Below, one piece after another: positions 30,547-41,319 of a stretch of DNA of 64,000 nucleotides (positions are counted from its first letter, which is position 1; the number at the start of each line of letters is the position of its first letter). This DNA is from an uncultured cyanobacterium. Lineage in GTDB: Bacteria; Cyanobacteriota; Cyanobacteriia; Cyanobacteriales; CAWUOF01. Location of the stretch: positions 5,600,001-5,664,000 of the forward strand of contig CAVUSO010000001.1 of NCBI GenBank assembly GCA_963744145.1, given 5' to 3'. Both the position numbers and the translations under genes were made by a program. The notes under the pieces are model-generated. The model did not search any database. It saw nothing but the letters and a program-made list of their open reading frames with translations, and was not told the DNA's origin.

Positions 30547-31143
30547 CTACTCGCAACCTCCTTTCCCGTAAAGTTCTGCATGAGGATAAAGCTGATTTAA
30601 ACGACGCAAAACTACTTTAGCCTGGTCATTATGATTGCGATATTCTAAAGCCAGAAATAGATTTTCATACATTTCGACACTGGGTTGGGGATGCAATTGC
30701 TCCAGAGTAGTTAATATCTGATCGAGATGTTTTTGTTGGAAAAGCAGTTTCACCAGACTGTCATAACTCGTATGCTTCATTACATGACAACCAGGTTCAC
30801 TGGGGCAATCGTCCGGGAATTTTTGGATTGCTTGGAGGTAAATTTGCACTGCTTGATCGGGCTGTTGGTTTTTTTCGGATAACCTAGCTAAAGCTAGATA
30901 AGGGTAAGCTTCTCCTGCTCCTTGCTGAATCTCTTGCTGGTAAATTTGCATCGCTTCAGTTTCACGTCCAGCTTCTTCTAGTTTCCCAGCTAGTCCCCAG
31001 GAAAGTCCAGCAAAGGATGATGGGTTTTCTTGAATAATTTGATGATAAGCAGCGCTCGGACTAGGATGAGCGGGAATAGCTAAAATTATGGTGATTGCAG
31101 GGAGCAGCAAGTTAGACCAGTGCAACATCAGGTTCAAGATCAC
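30547..31143 (-). CDS. Secreted TPR-like protein
   Basis: Signal-peptide-like N-terminus and TPR-type helices (AYPYLALARLSEK..QPDQAVQIYLQAIQKFP). Confidence 0.65.
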   Translation of the reverse strand: MILNLMLHWSNLLLPAITIILAIPAHPSPSAAYHQIIQENPSSFAGLSWGLAGKLEEAGRETEAMQIYQQEIQQGAGEAYPYLALARLSEKNQQPDQAVQIYLQAIQKFPDDCPSEPGCHVMKHTSYDSLVKLLFQQKHLDQILTTLEQLHPQPSVEMYENLFLALEYRNHNDQAKVVLRRLNQLYPHAELYGKGGCE

Positions 31144-31720
31144 CCCCGAATCCCTTCCAGATTGTTTTCACAGAGGAAAGAGGTTAAAAACAATATAGCG
31201 CTTCCAAGCGCACCCTTTCAGTAGGACGGCTAAAGGTCTTTATGCCTAAATCCCGTCCTTTTTTTATCACAGATCAGGGATAAGTAGGAAGATTTTGCCC
31301 TAATAATTTAATCTAAGTTAATATGATCATAAGTATTAGTCACTGATTTAGTAAAGTTTAGTATCATTTACTTGCATTTAGAATGAATGCTGTTAAAGTA
31401 ATAGTATGAAGCTTAAAAAGCTTCTTCGACAGATCCACAGCGAAGTTCAAGTTAGTTTTAAAGGAGTAAGAACGCTGTTTAAACTCAAATCTGTCTCATC
31501 CAACAACAGTAACACTCAACCAAAAAGCTGATATTTTTCTCATTTTAGATGGATCGGGAGCTATACCAACTAAATACTTTAATTTAGTGCAACTCCACAT
31601 CAAAGAAATCATTAGAGAAATTCACTCAGCAGATATGGCTTGAGTGTTTCTGTCGTTTTCAAGACTGATCCAAAAAAACCGGGTTTCTCTACAAAATCCC
31701 CGGTTAGTGATGAGATATTT

Positions 31721-31811
31721 GGTGTTGCTGATTTACGGTATGAATAAATAATTTGTAGGGGGGCATGCCATGCGCCCCTACAGAATTTTCATACCCTGAT
31801 TAAGCAACGCC
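31721..31811. mobile_element. ~92-bp MITE carrying a GTAG REP-like palindrome (copy 1)
   Basis: ggtgttgctgat...attaagcaacgcc; near-identical to 35151-35242. Confidence 0.8.
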
Positions 31812-31978
31812 AGTTAATCGATTGGATTCATAATTGGTCGAGGGCTTTACGGAGGTCATAGTCTCTGCGTTTAAGCTATAATTGATCTGCCTCAATGCGA
31901 AAGCCCCTACGAATATGGACAAATTTCTGTTCACGTTTCCTTTAAGTTCAATGAAATCGCTGTGCTTCCTTTAGCTAC

Positions 31979-32098
31979 TAAGTACCTGGACAAAAATAAA
32001 CAGTGCCATACGAGGGTTGCGGAACTACCTCAAAACCTTGCGATTGCTTCGCTTCGCTCGCAATGACATACTTACGTTTATTTATGTCCGACTACTTA
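31979..32098. mobile_element. TA-flanked MITE overlapping the 3' end of the kinase gene
   Basis: Imperfect TIRs taagtacctggacaaaaataaac / gtttatttatgtccgactactta. Confidence 0.7.
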
Positions 32099-34934
32099 TT
32101 TGTTTAATAGGAATTTCAATCCAAAATTCAGTTCCCACTCCAACTTGCGACAAACATTCCAGCTTACCTTTGTGTTTTTCCACGATAATTTGATAGCTAA
32201 TTGATAATCCTAATCCAGTACCTGAACCGACAGGTTTAGTCGTAAAAAATGGATCAAACAGATAAGGGAGAATCTCAGACTTGATTCCTAGACCATTATC
32301 TTTAATGATAATTCTTACTACCTGAGCGTTGATCATTTGGGTACTAATCCAAATTCTTGGTGAAAATTCTGGATTAGTTTTGTTAATATGATCGTGTAAC
32401 GCATCGATCGCATTACTTAAAATATTCATAAATACCTGATTAAGTTGTCCTGCATAACATTCAACTTCTGGTAAATTGCTATATTCTTTAACGATCGCAA
32501 TTGAGGGAAAATCTAGTTTAGCTTTTAAACGATTTTGCAAAATCATCAAAGTGCTATCAATTCCTTCGTGAATATTAACAGGTTTCATTTGCGATTCATC
32601 AAGACGAGAAAAATTCCGTAAGGTTAGCACAATCTGACGAATCCGTTCAGCTCCCACTTTCATCGAAGCGAGAATTTTCGGCAAATCGATCGCGATAAAT
32701 TCAAAATCAATATCAGACATTAAATCTACAATTGCTGGCTCGGGATCAGGATAATATTGTTGATAAATAGCGATTAAAGATAATAAATCTTCAATATAAC
32801 TCTGAGCATGGGAAAGATTACCGTAGATAAAGTTAACCGGATTGTTAATTTCATGGGCAACACCAGCAACTAGCTGTCCCAAACTTGACATTTTCTCGCT
32901 TTGAATTAGCTGTGCTTGAGCTTGTTGGAGATCCGCAACAGTTTGTTTTAATTGTTCAGTTTGTTCAGTTGCTGTCGCTGTCAGTTTTTCTTGGATTTGT
33001 AAAGACTGATAAATTTCTTTTTCCGCCTTTTTTTTGTCAGTAATATCGCGTAAAATTACTACATATTCTTGGCGATCGCGATGAGAAGATGCCGAAATCG
33101 CTACCTCAACAATCCGAGCATCTTGATCAGGTTGATTTAGATTTTGTTCACTACGTCTGGGCCAATTATCCGGCTCACCAGTCAAACCGGAAACTAATTG
33201 ATGGAGATGACGACCAATCAGATACTTAGGCTGGACTTGACAAAGTTGTTCCGTCGCTGGGTTAATTTGACAAATAACACCATTTTCGTCTAAAACCAAA
33301 ATAGCATCAAGGGCGATCATAAATAAATATTCAGCTTGTTCTCTGGCTTCCACGATCGCTGCTACTTGGGGTAAACTTGTCCAACAGGCGATCGCTACTC
33401 CGATAAAAGCCACACTAAAAATTAACACCACCAACAGATCCCCACTGGTAGTGGAATTGAGTTTAACTGAGTTGATTCCCACTAACCAGCCAATCACCAC
33501 AGTAATTGACAACAATACAATTAAAACCCCAACCTGAAGCGCCACAAAATCTTTGACTTGGACTAGCGATCGCCCGCGCTGACGTTGATGCCACCAGGAT
33601 AGGTGAAAAGGTGCCCAGGGAATCCGCCGAATCGCAACATCAGTAGTCCAAACAGCGATCGGTAATAATAGACCGATTAATAAATCTGACCAACCCCAAA
33701 CCAAACCTCCTATTAACAAAACTACTAATTCAACTAAACAAAAACATCCCGACCACCATGGCCATCTGACTTGTGGTTGACCTCGACCCAGCCAAAGTCC
33801 GAAATGAATAGTAATCATGGAGGAAAGATAGCCTGTACCAGTTACCATCACCAGACGAGAAATATCACCCCAAGTCAGACAGAGAAAACTGATCAACAGA
33901 CTAAAAATCAAACTGGGAACAAGGACACCTCGTCGTGAAACCATAGTAAAGACTGGGGCTAGATATCCATCCACCGCCAACTGATATAAAATCCGAGGAG
34001 AATTAGAAACAGCAGTAGCAGAACTAAGCAGACAGCCCGCAGTGATCAAAAATGTGACTAAAAACGAAGCTGAATTACCCCAAAAAGGTGTTGCTGCGGC
34101 TAATAGGTTTAAAAAAGTGTTGTCCCCGAGATGGGGATCAGTAGCCAACCGAATGAGTACCCAAGAACCACCGAGATATACTGGTGGAATTAGCCATGCG
34201 GCGAAACCAAGACATTGCAAAGTTCGATTTGGATTACGACTATCGGCTACAAAAGAGGAAGCTGTTTCGCATCCCAAAACTGCATAAACTGCTAGAAAAT
34301 ACCACTTTGTCCAATTGCCAAAACCCAGAGATGTTAATGTGGGTATTTCTGCCCAACTAGGAGGAAATAGTCCGGGACTAGAAGGTGCAAAAATTAGCCA
34401 GCCCATTCCTTGTAAACAAAAAATGATCAGGAAACCAATGGCTGGAATCACAAAACATAAGTGTAAAATTCCTAAAGCACGGGTGCCACTAAATGCAACT
34501 ATATAACCGATAATGGTAAAACCGATTTTCAGAATTAAATCAGGACAATAAATCCCGACAGGTTCTAAATTAGCCTGGATTAAATCAGATAAAATAATCG
34601 CGTTCATCGGTGGGACTGATACCCAACCCAACCAATAGCCGATCGCACCATAACGAGCCAGACCAGGATAATGTTTCAGTAAGCGAGCGGCATAATTAGG
34701 AGTACCACCAGCTAGATCTGGCCAATATTCACCTAAGCGTTTTACCTGCAAATTGAGGATTATACCAACAATGGTTCCTGGTAGCCAAACTAAAATTGCT
34801 CCTGCTCCCAATTCGGACTGCATTCCTGGTGCTACTCCTAGCCATAAAAGTAACCCGGATAAACCAAATCCCCATGTTTCGATCGTACTCAGGGTTCGCT
34901 GTAAATGGATTGGCTGTTCTGGATTCTGGTGCAT
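32082..34934 (-). CDS. APC-family amino-acid permease domain fused to PAS and a histidine kinase
   Basis: Multi-TM N-terminus with APC hallmarks (AGG, G.E, SNSPRILYQLAVDGYLAPVF); PAS (DAILVLDENG..CQINPA); AHEINNP, NAIDA, GTGLGL. Confidence 0.88.
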   Translation of the reverse strand: MHQNPEQPIHLQRTLSTIETWGFGLSGLLLWLGVAPGMQSELGAGAILVWLPGTIVGIILNLQVKRLGEYWPDLAGGTPNYAARLLKHYPGLARYGAIGYWLGWVSVPPMNAIILSDLIQANLEPVGIYCPDLILKIGFTIIGYIVAFSGTRALGILHLCFVIPAIGFLIIFCLQGMGWLIFAPSSPGLFPPSWAEIPTLTSLGFGNWTKWYFLAVYAVLGCETASSFVADSRNPNRTLQCLGFAAWLIPPVYLGGSWVLIRLATDPHLGDNTFLNLLAAATPFWGNSASFLVTFLITAGCLLSSATAVSNSPRILYQLAVDGYLAPVFTMVSRRGVLVPSLIFSLLISFLCLTWGDISRLVMVTGTGYLSSMITIHFGLWLGRGQPQVRWPWWSGCFCLVELVVLLIGGLVWGWSDLLIGLLLPIAVWTTDVAIRRIPWAPFHLSWWHQRQRGRSLVQVKDFVALQVGVLIVLLSITVVIGWLVGINSVKLNSTTSGDLLVVLIFSVAFIGVAIACWTSLPQVAAIVEAREQAEYLFMIALDAILVLDENGVICQINPATEQLCQVQPKYLIGRHLHQLVSGLTGEPDNWPRRSEQNLNQPDQDARIVEVAISASSHRDRQEYVVILRDITDKKKAEKEIYQSLQIQEKLTATATEQTEQLKQTVADLQQAQAQLIQSEKMSSLGQLVAGVAHEINNPVNFIYGNLSHAQSYIEDLLSLIAIYQQYYPDPEPAIVDLMSDIDFEFIAIDLPKILASMKVGAERIRQIVLTLRNFSRLDESQMKPVNIHEGIDSTLMILQNRLKAKLDFPSIAIVKEYSNLPEVECYAGQLNQVFMNILSNAIDALHDHINKTNPEFSPRIWISTQMINAQVVRIIIKDNGLGIKSEILPYLFDPFFTTKPVGSGTGLGLSISYQIIVEKHKGKLECLSQVGVGTEFWIEIPIKQISSRT

Positions 34935-35150
34935 TGTTTGAGTTTTAAACGGATAATTTGATTATCTTTAGGTTTTTTTTTAGTAATAGTTAGATTAAAT
35001 GATTTTAGCCATAATTGGACAGGCTATATGACCTTTTTTCTAATCTTTGAATTTTTTTTGTCGAAAATTTTTCTTGGTAACCGTTGATCACAGACTGTCA
35101 GACTGCCGATCAACTTTAAACACCCAGATAACTTGTGATTAAATCCCACA

Positions 35151-35242
35151 GGCGTTGCTGATTTACGGTATGAATAAATAATTTGTAGGGGCGCATGGCC
35201 ATGCGCCCCTACAGGATTTTCATACCCTGATTAAGCAACGCC
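35151..35242. mobile_element. 92-bp MITE (copy 2) with 10-bp TSD
   Basis: TSD AAATCCCACA at 35141-35150 and 35243-35252; TIR ggcgttgct / agcaacgcc; internal palindrome gtaggggcgcatggccatgcgcccctac. Confidence 0.9.
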
Positions 35243-35245
35243 AAA

Positions 35246-35790
35246 TCCCACATTCCGCAGCCCAAGTATTAGTAGCAAATCTGCCAGATTCAGAATTTAC
35301 TAGAAGTAAATTATTTGGATATTCATGGGCAGCAAAAGAGCAGACTTACGGTGGAATAAAGCCAAGATGGCTAGTTGTACTCTCGTCAAGAAAGAAGGGA
35401 ATCAGATTTACGGAAGTTATCACAGAAAATTAGTAAATCTGCCACCAAACTGAACAGCGAATTGGGAAAATTATCCCAAGATAGATTTGCCTGTGAAACT
35501 GATGCAATCAAGGCATTAACTAAACTATCTAAATCCTTTAAATATCATCAAATTGAACCAAAAGAAGTCAGGGAAATCACCCCAGATAAATTAGATAAAA
35601 GTCAAAAAAAGTGTGATCAAATTCTCGGCAGTTTTACCGAGGATAAAAGCCAAATTGAGCGAGAAACTAACAGTGCAGGTAGATTCATAATTGCGACGAA
35701 CGTTTTAGCAGAAAGCGAAATTAGTAATGAAGCGATGCTGACTGAGTATAAGTGCAACAGACCGTCCAACAGCCAAATGGATATTTCAAT
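35246..35790 (+). pseudogene. IS1634-family transposase remnant
   Basis: Fragments TYGGIKPRWLVV, FACETDA, AGRFIIATNVL...YK and PTAKWIFQ, with a frameshift and deletions; begins with the end motif cccacattccgcag. Confidence 0.75.
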
Positions 35791-35865
35791 GAGCTGCATT
35801 CCTCTTCAGTCCATTTAGGTGACACTTTCATTTTACCCGGTTTTTAGCTTAACCGAACCGTATTG
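35791..35865 (-). mobile_element. Solitary end of the IS4 element
   Basis: Near-identical to 26376-26450, including TIR agcttaaccgaaccgtattg. Confidence 0.9.
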
Positions 35866-35869
35866 GGTT

Positions 35870-35946
35870 CTAGAGTGCCAGTCCAGTAGAAAGTATTGAC
35901 AAGAAAACAAAGTATGTCAATCGTGATTAATGGACTGACGCTCTAG
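35870..35946. mobile_element. 77-bp CTAG-bounded MITE
   Basis: ctagagtgccagtcca ... tggactgacgctctag inverted ends. Confidence 0.65.
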
Positions 35947-35979
35947 TCCATCAAACTGACATTTGTTTTACAAAGCAAG

Positions 35980-36873
35980 TCAAAGAGATTCAAGGTAGCT
36001 ATAAAGACAGTTTGGCGTATCAGCATATTGAGATAAGTCAGAAATTATATTTCTTTTTGTTAAGGATAATACAACTTTTACCTTACGAGTGAAATATGGA
36101 TAATTACCCTCATTAGCTTCAGTTATCAGTTTTTGAAGGAAATTAAACAAAAATTCAATCTCAAACTTTCCTCTAAAACTTTTCTGTTGTGTGTTAGCCT
36201 TCAACTGAGATTTCTTAGCATCTAATTCCGGCTGCGAGATGACAGGTATACCAGGAAACCTTTCATATAAATCGTCAATTGTATATCTTGCGATCGCTTG
36301 GTTTAAGTCACAATAGACAAAATTAAATACGCTCAAATTTGAAATATTAAGTTTACTAGACTTATCTCGGTGACAGGCGATCCAAGCATTCAATAACTCA
36401 ACGGCATTATGAAATTCTTCTGGTCGTTTTGTATAAAGAGAAATACATCTTTCAAAATTTTCATCTGATTCTGTTAGGTTAAATTCATTTTTTAAAATTT
36501 CAGAAAAGCCCTCAACTGATGTATAAAAATTTTCTACTGAGTAACAAGGAGTTTCATATATTTTAATGATGCCCTTGTTATAAATTGATTCATCAAAATC
36601 TCTATCCACAAAATAAGCTATTCTAGCATTTACATAATGCTGACGTGATGAGAGCATTCTATAAATTCCTAGCACTCCATCTTTACCGCTGCAATCGAGA
36701 TATATATCTTTTTCCGCTCTCGTAATATTCTTTATTCTGATTCCATAATACTTACTATCTTCTCCTTCAAAAAAGCAGTAAAGTGCCGATTCATACTGCT
36801 TATATAACCTAGTAAATTCCGTAAACACAATAACAGCTTGATCACGAGAAGCCCTCAACTTATCTACTGACAT
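35980..36873 (-). CDS. DUF4435-type TOPRIM protein (AriB-like)
   Basis: FFEGED, FVDRDFD, YSVENF and RGKF motifs; directly downstream of an ATPase gene. Confidence 0.75.
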   Translation of the reverse strand: MSVDKLRASRDQAVIVFTEFTRLYKQYESALYCFFEGEDSKYYGIRIKNITRAEKDIYLDCSGKDGVLGIYRMLSSRQHYVNARIAYFVDRDFDESIYNKGIIKIYETPCYSVENFYTSVEGFSEILKNEFNLTESDENFERCISLYTKRPEEFHNAVELLNAWIACHRDKSSKLNISNLSVFNFVYCDLNQAIARYTIDDLYERFPGIPVISQPELDAKKSQLKANTQQKSFRGKFEIEFLFNFLQKLITEANEGNYPYFTRKVKVVLSLTKRNIISDLSQYADTPNCLYSYLESL

Positions 36874-37950
36874 TTATCCCTCTCGCACAAAAATATCCAG
36901 ATCGTTAGCATTCAAATCCAAATCGTTATCAAAGATAAATGGGGAATGAGTGACGGCTAAAAGCAGTTTACACTTTCCTGATTTCAAAATATCAGGGAGT
37001 AAAAGCCTTTGCCATTCAATGGAAAGTGATAATTCTGGCTCATCAAATAAAAGAATAAATTCCTGATACCAATTAACTATGAAATTGCACTTAATCTGAG
37101 GTTGATCTGTTAGGCCAGGGCAGGTTTATAATGGTGATCTGTTGGTGGCAAAATTGACTGGTGAACCTGCCCCTACCAATTTTATCCTCAATTTGCGGAT
37201 TTCTGTAGTAGGGGCGGGTTCGCCCAGATTTTTGAAATTTACCAATTAATTAGAAAAACCCGCCCGGGTTCACCGAGATGTTTGACATTTACCTACTAAT
37301 CATCAAAACCCACCCTCACCCACAGATCAATATACATCAATGTATCTTCATGGTGAATTGGTATGAGATGATTCCAAATAAATACTTGAAAAAAGTGATA
37401 TTATTTGCTTCTCGCCAGATGAGAGATTTCTCAAGTCAATTGTACTATTATTTCTAGTTTGAATTATGGATATATCTACGTTGGCTTCATCATAAATAAT
37501 GTGCTTCTTGTCCAAATATCCATTGCATATTTTAGCAAATTGGTTGATTGAGTTATCTTTCTCCTTTTGCTGTTCATATAAGCCAACCAGTTTCGATAGA
37601 AAATATACTAGTTGATCATTTTGAGGATCATTTATTTTTCCAGAATTCACTAATTCTTCGATCTTTTTCCTGTCAGATTTCGATATATTATTTTCACCAA
37701 CACGACTCAAAACTATATTCAGCGTTTCAGGCTGAATACTATCTCTCATCTCCTGGGTAATTTTAATGCCCTCAATAAATTGAGTTAATATTTCACCCGT
37801 AACCTTTGAAAAAAGATTAAGAGCTGAGTTTTTAATAGCAGTTTTAATATGATCAAGCTTGCCGATAACATCATCCATGCCAAATTGAATAAGTTTACCT
37901 TCTCCATCACCAAAACTGAAACGATCAAATTTATCTTCTTCATAACCCAA
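36874..37950 (-). pseudogene. ABC/AAA ATPase (AriA-like), 5'-truncated and interrupted by a MITE
   Basis: LSSGEKQ signature; after removing the insertion the frame reads ESSQEFILLFDEPELSLSIEWQ...VTHSPF...VREG*; no Walker A present. Confidence 0.8.
37067..37363. mobile_element. 297-bp MITE with 3-bp TGA TSD and REP-like internal repeats
   Basis: tga|taccaattaactatgaa ... ttcatggtgaattggta|tga; removing it restores the ATPase frame. Confidence 0.85.
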
Positions 37951-38080
37951 ATAACTATAAATTCCAGTAGCTAGTGATTAAGATAACCCCAAAATAGACA
38001 AAAGGTATATGGTCGAGGATTTGCCGTTGCACCATCCATTAATGACAAATGAACCAAAACCTTAACTTGTCACTAGTCCA

Positions 38081-38110
38081 AAAAGGGTGGATTTCTAGTT
38101 CCACCCTTTT
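38081..38110 (-). terminator. Rho-independent terminator downstream of apcE
   Basis: aaaagggtgga-loop-tccaccctttt hairpin with A/T tails. Confidence 0.7.
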
Positions 38111-38170
38111 TGTTAAACACCTAAGTTAGAAACCAATTGGTTAACATCCTACAAGTTGCCTAAAAACAAC

Positions 38171-40894
<2,724 letters not shown>

Positions 40895-41168
40895 TCAAAA
40901 GCTCCTTTCAAAATAACGACTGAATTAAACTTGGCCAGAGAACTCCTAGGCAACTGTCTGGAAACAATCCACCCAGTTTCTAAGATTAGAACTTTTTGGC
41001 TCGTGACATTGGTTTATTAAGAATTGTTTAGAGCCTAGCGTAATAGTTCACGGTGAGATCATAGTGGATTGCGGTATCCAATCTGAGAAAAAAGATAAGT
41101 TTTGTTACCTAAAGCGTTGCTATTTTCATTATAATTCATCTAGTTTGCATAAAAATAATAAAATTTTT

Positions 41169-41237
41169 GTTGGTAGTAAGGGCTTTAGCCCTCGGATGAG
41201 ATGATTTAATCAGGGACTTCAGTCCCTACTACAAACA
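41169..41237. repeat. REP-like inverted doublet
   Basis: gtagtaagggctttagccctc ... agggacttcagtccctactac. Confidence 0.55.
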
Positions 41238-41319
41238 AGATTTTTGCCCTTGTCTATTGTGATTAATTACTTGATCTATTTTCGTTGCAAATTAAATGTC
41301 TGAATATTTTTAATAAACC

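Larger units (their letters stand above)
24220..30548. mobile_element. 6.3-kb TIR/TSD-bounded cargo element without an evident cognate transposase
   Basis: actcgcaacct (24209-24219) | AGGGTGTTAATT ... AATTAACACCCT | actcgcaacct (30549-30559): 12-bp perfect TIR with 11-bp TSD (or 13-bp TIR with 9-bp TSD). Confidence 0.8.
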
